Positions 1-8,662 of a stretch of DNA of 64,000 nt are shown one piece after another (position 1 is the first letter of the stretch; the number at the start of each line of letters is the position of its first letter). The notes under the pieces were generated by a model that ran no database searches, was not told the origin of the DNA, and saw only the letters and a program-made list of their open reading frames with translations. This DNA is from Bacteroidota bacterium. Lineage in GTDB: Bacteria > Bacteroidota > Ignavibacteria > Ignavibacteriales > Ignavibacteriaceae. The position numbers and the translations under genes were made by a program. The DNA is taken from positions 3,295 to 67,294 of the forward strand of contig JAJYDC010000012.1 of assembly GCA_021777835.1 (NCBI GenBank), read 5' to 3'.

Positions 1-1
1 C

Positions 2-2545
2 AGAGTAAATCAACCTCTGAAAATTGACGGTTTACTTAATGAGCCGGAATGGCAAGAAGCAAAGGTAATTTCTAATTTTATTCAGAGAGATCCGATTGAA
101 GGGAAGGAGGCTACTGAAAGGACAGATGTGCGGATATTATATGATAACGACGCAATTTATATCGGTGCCCGAATGCATGACGCTTCTCCCGATTCAATAT
201 TAAGAAACTTAGCGAGGCGCGACGTTGACATAAACGCGGATATATTTTACGTTTTTTTAGATCCTTATCATGACCTGCGGACGGGGTTTTATTTCGGAGT
301 AAATGCCGCCGGGACGCTATACGACGGAACATTATACAATGACTCGTGGAATGATAACTCGTGGGACGGGGTATGGGAGGGGAAAGCTCATATCGACAAG
401 AAAGGCTGGACGGTTGAGATAAAAATTCCCTTTTCCCAGTTAAGGTTTGACCTCAAAAAAGACGGAAATATTTGGGGGATAGATTTTGAAAGAGTAATTG
501 CAAGGAAACATGAAACTGATTATTTGGTATATATACCAAAGACCAGCAATGCATTTGTTTCTAGATTTGCGGTGTTAAAGGGAATACGCGATATACATCC
601 TCCAAAGGATATTGAATTTCTTCCTTACATTACTACAAAAGCAGAATATACAGACCCAGGCACCGGAAACCCATTTAATAATGGTTCGACATATAAGCCT
701 AGTTTGGGTGCGGATTTTAAAATGGGTATCGGATCAAACTTTACATTAAACGCAACTGTAAATCCGGATTTTGGTCAGGTGGAAATTGATCCGGCAGTTA
801 TTAATTTAAGTGATGTAGAAACTTATTTTAATGAGAAGCGACCGTTCTTTGTTGAAGGTTCTAATGTATATGAATTTGGAAGCGGAGGCGTAACCAATTA
901 TTGGAATTTCAATTGGTGGACCCCAACTTTCTTTTACAGCAGGAGAATAGGCAGAGCCCCCGAAGGATCAATTCCTACAGCAGATTTTGTAAATGAACCA
1001 GCAGGTACTCATATTCTTGGTGCAGCTAAACTTACAGGTAAGTTAAAAGACAATTGGAGCATAGGGATATTACAAGCTTTAACTTCACAAGAAAATGCTG
1101 ATTATCAGATTGCCGGTCAAAAATACAATATTCAAGTTGAGCCGTTAACTTATTTTGGTATCGCACGCATCCAAAAGGAACTTAACGACGGTCATCAGGG
1201 TATTGGAATAATAACTACATTCACTAATCGTTTTATTAATAATCAAAATTTAAGAGATCAATTAAATGGAAATGCTTTAGTAGGAGGGTTGGACGGGTGG
1301 ACTTATCTTGATACATCCGGTACATGGGTTGTGAATGGCTGGCTAGGTTCAAGTCTTGTTCAAGGTGACTCTGTACATATGATCAATTTACAAGAGGGAT
1401 CAGTTCATTATTTCCAGAGACCGGACTCAAAACTTTTGCATATAGATAGCTCTGCTACTTCATTAAGCGGATACGCTGGAAGATTTGTTTTAAGTAAGCA
1501 AAAAGGCAATTGGGGTGTTAATTCGTCGATTGGATTTATAAGCCCGGGTTTTGAGATTAATGACCTTGGTTTCCTTCCTATTTCCGATGTAATAAATATG
1601 CATTTTGCAAGTTGGTATAGCTGGACAGATCCTACAAAATTATTTAGAAATGCTACAGTAGGCGGTGCAATATTCAGGAATTACGATTACGAAGGAGATG
1701 TAACATCGGACGGTGTTTTTCTAAACGGAGGAGTTCAATTTCTTAACTATTATAATTTAAACTGGGATTTAGCTTATAATCCGCAAACAATAAATATAAG
1801 AGCAACTAGAGGCGGTCCGTCGATGCTTAATCCAATTGGACATCAGGTGGACTTAAATATTAGTTCAGATTCAAGAAATTCATGGGTACTATCTTTTAAT
1901 GGCGGAACTTACTGGACGCATTATTCAAACCAGTGGTATATTAACAGCGAGTTCGACCTAAATCCGACTTCTAATATTTCTTTTAGTTTTATTCCTGGGA
2001 TTGATAGATATGATGATAATGCAATGTGGGTAGACTCTTATACTGACAAGTACGATGCAGCTACTTTTGGAACCAGATATGTTTTTGCTGCTTTTCATCA
2101 AACAACTTTATCTGCCGGCATTCGCTTAAACTGGACTTTCTCGCCGAAGTTAAGCTTACAGCTATATATGCAGCCTTTAATATCTTCGGGAAATTACAGC
2201 AGTTTTAAGGAACTAGCGCAACCTGGGTCATATTCATTTAATATTTATGGTGTCGGGAATTCTACTTTTAATAATAATACTTACCAAGTTGATCCGGATG
2301 GCTCAGGTCCTGCTCCTTCATTCGTCATTGATAATCCCGATTTTAATTTAGTTTCACTAAGAGGTAATGCTGTACTAAGGTGGGAATATCAGCCAGGGTC
2401 TGTTATATATTTTGTTTGGACTCAAACCAGATCTGATCAAGAGATATTGGGACAATTTCAATTTAATAACTCCTTCAATAGAATGCTGAATATACATCCT
2501 GACAATACTTTCATTATTAAATTCTCTTATTGGTTCAATATTTAA
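2..2545 (+). CDS. Carbohydrate-binding family 9-like / DUF5916-type protein; N-terminus lies outside the window
   Basis: The reading frame is open from nt 2 (RVNQPLKIDGLLNEPEWQEAKVISNFIQRDP...), upstream of the first listed Met at 128. The N-terminal sequence resembles CBM9/DUF5916 proteins by eye. The long C-terminal part is rich in beta-strand-like segments. Confidence 0.6.
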   Translation, partial: RVNQPLKIDGLLNEPEWQEAKVISNFIQRDPIEGKEATERTDVRILYDNDAIYIGARMHDASPDSILRNLARRDVDINADIFYVFLDPYHDLRTGFYFGVNAAGTLYDGTLYNDSWNDNSWDGVWEGKAHIDKKGWTVEIKIPFSQLRFDLKKDGNIWGIDFERVIARKHETDYLVYIPKTSNAFVSRFAVLKGIRDIHPPKDIEFLPYITTKAEYTDPGTGNPFNNGSTYKPSLGADFKMGIGSNFTLNATVNPDFGQVEIDPAVINLSDVETYFNEKRPFFVEGSNVYEFGSGGVTNYWNFNWWTPTFFYSRRIGRAPEGSIPTADFVNEPAGTHILGAAKLTGKLKDNWSIGILQALTSQENADYQIAGQKYNIQVEPLTYFGIARIQKELNDGHQGIGIITTFTNRFINNQNLRDQLNGNALVGGLDGWTYLDTSGTWVVNGWLGSSLVQGDSVHMINLQEGSVHYFQRPDSKLLHIDSSATSLSGYAGRFVLSKQKGNWGVNSSIGFISPGFEINDLGFLPISDVINMHFASWYSWTDPTKLFRNATVGGAIFRNYDYEGDVTSDGVFLNGGVQFLNYYNLNWDLAYNPQTINIRATRGGPSMLNPIGHQVDLNISSDSRNSWVLSFNGGTYWTHYSNQWYINSEFDLNPTSNISFSFIPGIDRYDDNAMWVDSYTDKYDAATFGTRYVFAAFHQTTLSAGIRLNWTFSPKLSLQLYMQPLISSGNYSSFKELAQPGSYSFNIYGVGNSTFNNNTYQVDPDGSGPAPSFVIDNPDFNLVSLRGNAVLRWEYQPGSVIYFVWTQTRSDQEILGQFQFNNSFNRMLNIHPDNTFIIKFSYWFNI

Positions 2546-2910
2546 ATTTTATTTACAGTAAGACTTGAGCCAATAAATTACATCCCAAGCCTTTGGGTGC
2601 AACACGGCACATTATGGAGACCATATCGAGAGTTGTCGAGAGAAGGCATTGTAGTCTTAAAGCATATCGCGGCAAGCCGCAATTTTGAATTATGAATGTT
2701 GAATTTTGAATGAAACGCAATGAAATTTATCATAAGAATATCTTGACATAAAAAACAAAGATTAAAATGGCAATACCTTAATAATCTATTTGTCGCTTAC
2801 ACATTTTTCTATCACTGCGGAAAATCTTATTGCTGCCTTTTATCAATTAAATTGATAGAGTTAAATAATAATAATTAACTTTAGTCAGAGAAATAATTTA
2901 TTCAGTTCTT

Positions 2911-2936
2911 GTAACAATTTTATCTTTCATTTCGTC
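2911..2936 (+). promoter_or_regulatory. Candidate ECF-type promoter, GTAAC-N17-CGTC
   Basis: GTAAC (2911-2915) and CGTC (2933-2936) are separated by 17 nt and sit 15 nt upstream of the ECF sigma start codon. This resembles the AAC/CGT pattern of autoregulated ECF promoters. It implies a very short leader. Confidence 0.35.
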
Positions 2937-2950
2937 TAGTAAGTAAAAAG

Positions 2951-3484
2951 ATGTTAAAGTCTCTACGATATCAAATACTCGTAAAACAGCATAAAAGCAG
3001 GATATACAGTTATTCCTATTTGATGTTGAAGAATCGAATGGATGCTGATGATATAACGCAGGAAGTTTTAATTCGTATTTGGAAGAATATAGACAACTTT
3101 AATATCAACAAGGCGAAATCGTGGATAATGAAAACCACTCACAATTTGTGTCTGGATTATTTACGACAGCGTCAATCAACGACTAAGAGATTTATTGAAA
3201 TAGATGAAACTTTTGAAAATAGTTTTAAGGAGGAAGATTTGTTAAGCGATCCCGAAATTTCTTTCCGGCGTGAAATTATTAAATCAAAGATAAAGGAAGC
3301 TATTGAACAACTGCCGGAATTATTAAAGAGTGTATTCGTTCTATACGAACTAGAAGGAATGAAATATAAAGAAATCAGTGATGTAATGAATATACCTATT
3401 AACAGTGTTAAAGTTTATTTACTTCGTGCAAGGAAGAAATTACAGTTAGTATTAAAGGAATTGGTAAATGAAGAAGCAATATAA
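2951..3484 (+). CDS. ECF-subfamily RNA polymerase sigma-70 factor
   Basis: A 177-aa ORF. It has a region 2-like segment (DADDITQEVLIRIWKNIDNF) and a region 4 HTH-like segment (LYELEGMKYKEISDVMNIPINSVKVYLLRARKKL). Confidence 0.85.
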   Translation: MLKSLRYQILVKQHKSRIYSYSYLMLKNRMDADDITQEVLIRIWKNIDNFNINKAKSWIMKTTHNLCLDYLRQRQSTTKRFIEIDETFENSFKEEDLLSDPEISFRREIIKSKIKEAIEQLPELLKSVFVLYELEGMKYKEISDVMNIPINSVKVYLLRARKKLQLVLKELVNEEAI

Positions 3485-4016
3485 TATCGATGAGGATTAT
3501 GTCGATAAAATTATTTCCGTAGCATATGGAGACGGAAGCCTGTTTGATAAAATTGGAGTTTATATAAAAGCTTATTCAAATTCCCGGGTTAGAAACTTAT
3601 TAAATGATTATAAGGCAACAGCGAAGGCAGTTAAGGTAGTTTCGAATGAATATTTATCGCCGGAACTTTTGAAGAATATTCAAGGTGTTACGAACAGCCG
3701 GGATAATTTATTTATGACCTTATCAGTAAATTTTGTTAATGCTCTAGTATCAAAGCCAATTTATTCAGCCACTGCAGTAATAGTTATTATAAGTGTTTCT
3801 GCTTTCTTATTATTAAGACAGCCGAAACCTGAGCCAACGTATTCAAATGAGCAAGTTGTAATGGCAGAAAAACAGGTAAAAGAATCGTTTGCGATTGTAG
3901 GTAAAATACTTGCAAGGACGCAAAACAAAATAACAAATGAAGTGATGACTAAAGAGGTTGCCCGACCAATAAATAAGAGCAACGAAATTATAGATAATTT
4001 ATTTAACGGAGGATAA
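3468..4016 (+). CDS. Putative anti-sigma factor (single-pass membrane protein)
   Basis: It overlaps the sigma gene by 17 nt, which suggests translational coupling. It has one central hydrophobic helix (IYSATAVIVIISVSAFLLL). The position is typical of an anti-sigma factor, but no diagnostic motif is present. Confidence 0.45.
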   Translation: MKKQYNIDEDYVDKIISVAYGDGSLFDKIGVYIKAYSNSRVRNLLNDYKATAKAVKVVSNEYLSPELLKNIQGVTNSRDNLFMTLSVNFVNALVSKPIYSATAVIVIISVSAFLLLRQPKPEPTYSNEQVVMAEKQVKESFAIVGKILARTQNKITNEVMTKEVARPINKSNEIIDNLFNGG

Positions 4017-4017
4017 A

Positions 4018-4584
4018 ATGAAAAACGTAATTAAAATGTTTGTGGTAATTTGTTTAATTGCCGCATCTAATTCATTTGCGCAAAAGGATGATAACTATTC
4101 AAAATACCCGGGATATTTCAATTTCGGTGATCTTTCACATTTCATTCAAGGTGATAATGTTACAGAAGTAAATATTGATAGTCACTTACTTGGTATGATG
4201 AGCGGATCAGCTGAAGATAGCAACGATGATTTCTCAAATATCGTTCACGGCTTAAAGCTTGTTAAAGTTTATTCATTTGATGTAAAAATGAAAGAACAAA
4301 AAGAATTACTTAGTAAAATGAATAAAATGGACGAAAACCTTACATCAAATAGTTGGAATAGAATAGTTAAAGTGAAAGAGCCCGGTGAATATACATTCGT
4401 ATATATTAAACCCGCGGTCAACAGTAAAGAAATATCAGGGCTGGTTGTAGCTACTTTTGAAAAAGACGGCAAAGCTACATTCGTAAATATTGTTGGGAAT
4501 ATTAATATGAGCGATATAGGGAAATTAAGTCATAAGTTTAACATTCCATCTCTTGACGGAAAAGATAATAAGAAGGTTAATTAA
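4018..4584 (+). CDS. DUF4252-like secreted protein
   Basis: It has a signal peptide (MKNVIKMFVVICLIAASNSFAQ). Its size and its position after an ECF/anti-sigma pair are typical of DUF4252 proteins. Confidence 0.55.
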   Translation: MKNVIKMFVVICLIAASNSFAQKDDNYSKYPGYFNFGDLSHFIQGDNVTEVNIDSHLLGMMSGSAEDSNDDFSNIVHGLKLVKVYSFDVKMKEQKELLSKMNKMDENLTSNSWNRIVKVKEPGEYTFVYIKPAVNSKEISGLVVATFEKDGKATFVNIVGNINMSDIGKLSHKFNIPSLDGKDNKKVN

Positions 4585-4585
4585 G

Positions 4586-5131
4586 ATGTATCGCAAGATG
4601 CTTTTGATATTACCGGTAATCTTAATGGGATTTGTTACTTCCGGATGTTATCAGGTGAATGGTGAATTTTTAGAATTAAAAAATGAAATATTATCTTCAA
4701 CCGGAAGTAGTTATAACAGGGATGTTGAATTTGCACTTGGGAAGGTTTCTATTTCAATAGTCAGGGCATTTGCAAGCCTTGATAACAATGATGACGAAAT
4801 AATAAAGAATATTTCAGGAATTCAAATAGGTGTTTATAAAAGGATCAGGCTTGATGAAGGCGATACTGATTTATTTCAAAGAATTAACTATAAGTTAGAG
4901 AATAATGGCTGGAAATATTTTGTAAGAGAAAAAGATCATGATGAAGTGAATATTATTTATTACAGAAGTAATGAAGAGGAAACACTTGGGGCTATGTTTA
5001 TAATATCATTGGATAAGGAAAAACTTACGCTTGTAAAAATACGCGGTGATTTAAGAAGAATTGTAATAGCAGCAATAAGGGAAAAGGGAGATCCGATAGA
5101 AGCATCCGGCATGCATAATAGTCATGACTAA
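4586..5131 (+). CDS. Lipoprotein, DUF4252-like
   Basis: The start is reassigned to the ATG at 4586 (MYRKMLLILPVILMGFVTSGC). This gives a lipobox-like TSGC motif and leaves only 1 nt between it and the stop of the upstream gene. The track start at 4553 would overlap that gene. Confidence 0.5.
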   Translation: MYRKMLLILPVILMGFVTSGCYQVNGEFLELKNEILSSTGSSYNRDVEFALGKVSISIVRAFASLDNNDDEIIKNISGIQIGVYKRIRLDEGDTDLFQRINYKLENNGWKYFVREKDHDEVNIIYYRSNEEETLGAMFIISLDKEKLTLVKIRGDLRRIVIAAIREKGDPIEASGMHNSHD

Positions 5132-5139
5132 TTTATAAT

Positions 5140-5180
5140 AGTCTTTGCGAGGTTGTAACTAAAGGCAAAGACTTTATTTA
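5140..5180 (+). terminator. Candidate intrinsic terminator
   Basis: AGTCTTTGC (5140-5148) pairs with GCAAAGACT (5165-5173) and is followed by TTATTTA. The loop is long at 16 nt. Confidence 0.45.
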
Positions 5181-5386
5181 ACGAACCGCAGTGAAAGAGA
5201 ATATATGTTATAATTTGTGTTTTTCAGATGCTGCAATTATGAAGTTGAGTTCGAAGTTATCAATGACTAGAGAATATTTAGACTTTCATAAAGCTAGTAT
5301 ATAGGCACTATATCTTGGTTTTTATCAGACTTAAACAAAGTTAGAAAGATAGTAAAATTACCGTTGCTTAAAGGGAGGAGTGATTC

Positions 5387-5974
5387 ATAAAACCAAAGAT
5401 AATAGCTTTTTATTTTATCTGGATGTTATTTGCCTCAGCAGTCTTCGCAGAGGCTGACAGTGTTAAGACTGTTATAGAGGAAGGGGATAATCTTACCTTC
5501 TTTACGGGACAGTTCTTGCGGAATAAGCGTTTTGGAAATTCTAATGTTGTCAATGCCTTTGGAGGGGGAGCAGGGTTTTATTTATACAATAAATATGATA
5601 TATATATTCAAACTACCTCATTTCCCATTGAGCTTAGTTCCGGGAATAATGATAAATATATTCTGAATGCACTTGGCGTAAGTGTCGGGTATTGTCTGAA
5701 TCCCATTAACGTTGTGCATTTTGTTATAGGGTCACAAATTTATAGTGGAATAGTTACTAATGATAAGGACGTAAATCCGAATAATAACATCAATCTGAAT
5801 TATCTTCTTCTTGCACCAGAGTTCTATGTTGAAGTTAATCTTGTTTCATATGTAAGGTTATATGCGGGCCCGTCTTACTATTTCACATTAGGGAATGATT
5901 CATATAAAGCCATTAATTCAAAGCTTATTAATGGTCTATCTTTCAATTTTGGGCTTCTAGTCGGGAAGTTCTGA
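5387..5974 (+). CDS. Small outer-membrane beta-barrel-like protein, probably with a non-AUG (ATA) start
   Basis: The C-terminus ends in Phe (FNFGLLVGKF), and the body has an alternating, G/Y/N-rich pattern. Extending the frame to the ATA at 5387 restores a full signal peptide (IKPKIIAFYFIWMLFASAVFA/EA). A GGGAGGAG motif lies upstream, ending 6 nt before the ATA. The first ATG is at 5423. Confidence 0.45.
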   Translation: MKPKIIAFYFIWMLFASAVFAEADSVKTVIEEGDNLTFFTGQFLRNKRFGNSNVVNAFGGGAGFYLYNKYDIYIQTTSFPIELSSGNNDKYILNALGVSVGYCLNPINVVHFVIGSQIYSGIVTNDKDVNPNNNINLNYLLLAPEFYVEVNLVSYVRLYAGPSYYFTLGNDSYKAINSKLINGLSFNFGLLVGKF

Positions 5975-5980
5975 AACAAA

Positions 5981-7786
5981 TTAGGCTAATTGATGAGTAT
6001 ACTCATTAAGCATAATTTCAAGTTCATCTAAGTCTTCTTTTATTTTCTGCCTTGTCTTTTCCGTCTCTTCTATAATCTCAGGAATAAGGTTTTTATAATA
6101 CTTGATCCCATCCATTAGGTTTGTATGGAAAGTATTTATAAATTCCTCAGCATGCGTTGAAAGGGGAGTAAGATTCTCATCTATTTTTTTCTTCAAGAAA
6201 TTTATATATAGATTAAGTTCTTTAATAAACATATTTGGTCTATTATGATTCGTAATTAGATTTATTCTACCGTAGATATGATCAACCATTTCATGTAAGG
6301 TAGCAACCTTTGAATAATAGGCTAAATTAGGGCCGGGGCAGACAGAGACTGCTTTACTGATTTTAGGTGTATCAATATTATTTACTTTTAAGACAGAAGC
6401 TGCAAGACCGACACAAAGGCAAACCTTTTCCATTGTCTTATCAACACCCTTTTGCGATTCAATAGGGTCATTAGAGTTTAATTTAATTTCATTAGTTTTT
6501 TTATTTACATAAGAAATGGATGCAGTGCAGGCCGGTTTATCCGAAAACTCTTTATTAGAGACAAGGAATTTCTTAATACAGGGAGCTCCCGGTTTACCGT
6601 CCTTAATTCTATCAGCCTTTTCAACTTCTTTGCTGCTTGTTCTAAGATTGCTGAAAGGGACGCCAAGAGGTGAAACGTCGCTTAAGTAAATATCATCTTC
6701 TCCTGCTTCACAAAGTCTTTGTAAAGTTTCATCATCAACATTCATGACTTCAGGGACAAGAAGGAAAGGACTTCCCCAGCCAACTGATTTGACTCCATAT
6801 TTTCTAATAAGGAAATTATGCTCGCTTGCATTGCCGACTCCACCCTGGACGGTAATATCGAAATTGAGAATAGATTCATCAAATGAAATTTCTTTTTTAG
6901 ATAATGACTTCTTTAGCAATTCGCGCAGAGATTCGAGTAATTCATTTTTCTTGTTGGTAAACTCTTCAAGAATAGGGCCTAAGAGGTAGCCATCGGTAGC
7001 AAAGGCATGACCTCCGCAATTTAGTCCTGATTCAATCCTATATTCGGAGACCCACAGACCTTTATTAGCAAGAAACTTCCCTTGAATCAATGCAGAGCGA
7101 AAGTCACTTACTTTGATAATTATTTTCTTAGTGAAGCTGCAGTCGCGTTTTGGGAAGAAGTCCTTAAATGTGCTAAGGTAGCTATATAATCGTGTATTTA
7201 TACCAGCAGAAAAGACTACAGCGCTTTCAAGGTCGCTATTTGCAAATCCTCTAAGAGCTGCATGTGCGTCGTTATATTCTACTGGAAGCTGGGCGCCAAG
7301 AGTATCATAATTAGCTTTGTCTAGCTTAGTCATTATATTAACGTCGATAGCGCCGAGTCTAATATTTTCACGGAGCCACTTTTGCAGAGAAAGCAGTATG
7401 CTTGAATCTTTGGTCTCAAGCATCTCTTTATATTTAATTTTTAACGTTGAGATATCGGGGAGCATTTCAAAGTATTTGTTTATTTCGCTGCCATGCTCAA
7501 ACACGGATTGTTTTAGTATTTGGAATTGTTCTTTAGCAAGGCGATTCATCAAATTTAAATATGCGGTAATTCTTTTCGCTCTAGAGTCGTTTTCCTTATC
7601 GCCTATTTCCGAATAAATAATATTATTCTTTTCAGCATAATGCTTACGCAATTTTTCCATTAGTGTATCGTCAGCTAAAGACATAACAGATGATATACCA
7701 TACTTTGATACTTTTACCGGAGCATCAATAGAAAATCCGGTTCCCAAAACGGGTATGTGGAAATGATGAAGATCAGAAATACTCAT
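5981..7786 (-). CDS. Uncharacterized 601-aa protein with nitronate-monooxygenase/FabK-like TIM-barrel motifs
   Basis: A long uninterrupted ORF. The motifs ESGLNCGGHAF and TVQGGVGNASEHNFLIRKYGVKSVGWGSPFLLVPE resemble the GGH and GG...G.G.FL motifs of NPD/FabK-type flavoenzymes. This is by eye only. Confidence 0.45.
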   Translation of the reverse strand: MSISDLHHFHIPVLGTGFSIDAPVKVSKYGISSVMSLADDTLMEKLRKHYAEKNNIIYSEIGDKENDSRAKRITAYLNLMNRLAKEQFQILKQSVFEHGSEINKYFEMLPDISTLKIKYKEMLETKDSSILLSLQKWLRENIRLGAIDVNIMTKLDKANYDTLGAQLPVEYNDAHAALRGFANSDLESAVVFSAGINTRLYSYLSTFKDFFPKRDCSFTKKIIIKVSDFRSALIQGKFLANKGLWVSEYRIESGLNCGGHAFATDGYLLGPILEEFTNKKNELLESLRELLKKSLSKKEISFDESILNFDITVQGGVGNASEHNFLIRKYGVKSVGWGSPFLLVPEVMNVDDETLQRLCEAGEDDIYLSDVSPLGVPFSNLRTSSKEVEKADRIKDGKPGAPCIKKFLVSNKEFSDKPACTASISYVNKKTNEIKLNSNDPIESQKGVDKTMEKVCLCVGLAASVLKVNNIDTPKISKAVSVCPGPNLAYYSKVATLHEMVDHIYGRINLITNHNRPNMFIKELNLYINFLKKKIDENLTPLSTHAEEFINTFHTNLMDGIKYYKNLIPEIIEETEKTRQKIKEDLDELEIMLNEYTHQLA

Positions 7787-8089
7787 TATAGTATTTTCCT
7801 ATAATTAATAACTAATAAAGCGAGGTAAATTTTACTTATTGAGAAAATATAACACTCTAGAGAATATGGTAAAACATCCGGCTGGTTTAAAGGCCATCCT
7901 GTTTGGAATGGGAAAATAAAAGTATACTCTAACAGTCAAAATTTGTCAATTTGTTATAGTTAGCCAACTAATTATTTAATTCTTTGTAATCTTATAGATT
8001 ACTTAAACAAAAGTAAGTAAATAATTTGTAATATCTCATACCAATCAAATTATTATTTTTTTGGGGTTATGACATAATTTTGTAATAGA

Positions 8090-8186
8090 GGGGGTAGATG
8101 GGGGTAGGATGGGGAGCAGAACGTTTTCAAGATGTTTTCATGACGTTTTCATGACGTATTCATAACGTTTTCATAACGTTTTCAGG
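8090..8186. repeat. Helically phased tandem repeat array: 3 G-rich units plus 6 copies of ACGTTTTCATR
   Basis: The G-rich units are GGGGGTAGAT, GGGGGTAGGAT and GGGGAGCAGA, starting at 8090, 8100 and 8111. Six 11-bp units follow at 8121, 8132, 8143, 8154, 8165 and 8176: acgttttcaag, atgttttcatg, acgttttcatg, acgtattcata, acgttttcata, acgttttcagg. Confidence 0.9.
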
Positions 8187-8433
8187 ATTCTTATTTTATT
8201 TGCCATGCATTTGAGAAGGGCTTGAAAAAGCTGATTGTACCGACTTTCAAGTTACGTAATCAAGAAAAAGCGATCACGATTTGCACTATAAATAATAATA
8301 AATTATTAGGTATTAATCAAAACCGAAAATTGAATTATTATATTTCCCAATTATTATTTGTTAATAGCTAGCAACTCAGAAAAGCATCAAGGAGTTTTTA
8401 TCATAGATTCCTTAAATAAAATATTGAACACTT

Positions 8434-8504
8434 TGTTGATTTACATTTCAACTTTTAACTACTGATAGAAATATCTGTTGGTATATTCAACAGCGTGTTG
8501 ATTA
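8434..8504 (+). promoter_or_regulatory. Candidate enhancer (UAS) sites for the sigma-54 activator
   Basis: TGTTG motifs occur at 8434, 8476 and 8496, spaced 42 and 20 bp apart. Two inverted repeats are present: GTTGA-N8-TCAAC (8435-8452) and CTGTTG-N7-CAACAG (8475-8493). They sit about 110-180 bp upstream of the candidate -24/-12 element. Confidence 0.3.
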
Positions 8505-8610
8505 AAATCCTTACAGTATTTTCAAGCAATTCTTATAATAAATTCATCATCATTCTTCTAACCTTATCGTTCAAAATAAGTTAAGAAATAATAATTTTAA
8601 AAAAATTTAG

Positions 8611-8626
8611 TGGTATGCTAATTGAA
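8611..8626 (+). promoter_or_regulatory. Candidate sigma-54 (-24/-12) promoter
   Basis: TGGTATG-CTAA-TTGAA compared with the consensus TGGCACG-N4-TTGCW. GG and TTG are correctly spaced, but the conserved -12 C is an A. It lies 37 nt upstream of the RBS-supported start at 8663. A sigma-54 activator is encoded downstream. Confidence 0.35.
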
Positions 8627-8662
8627 CTAAAGAGTATAAAATTTAGTTATAAGGAGGATGTC

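Noticed and set aside
8090-8186. The tandem repeats as a CRISPR array or as a G-quadruplex.
   Set aside because: The units are 10-11 bp and directly abutting, with no spacers, so this is not a CRISPR array. There are only three strong G-runs (a fourth lies about 25 nt away), so a canonical intramolecular G4 is not supported.
8615-8662. The upstream ATG at 8615 as the start of the small membrane protein.
   Set aside because: It has no RBS. The ATG at 8663 is preceded by a perfect AAGGAGG at the right distance. The 8611-8626 stretch is better explained as a promoter element.
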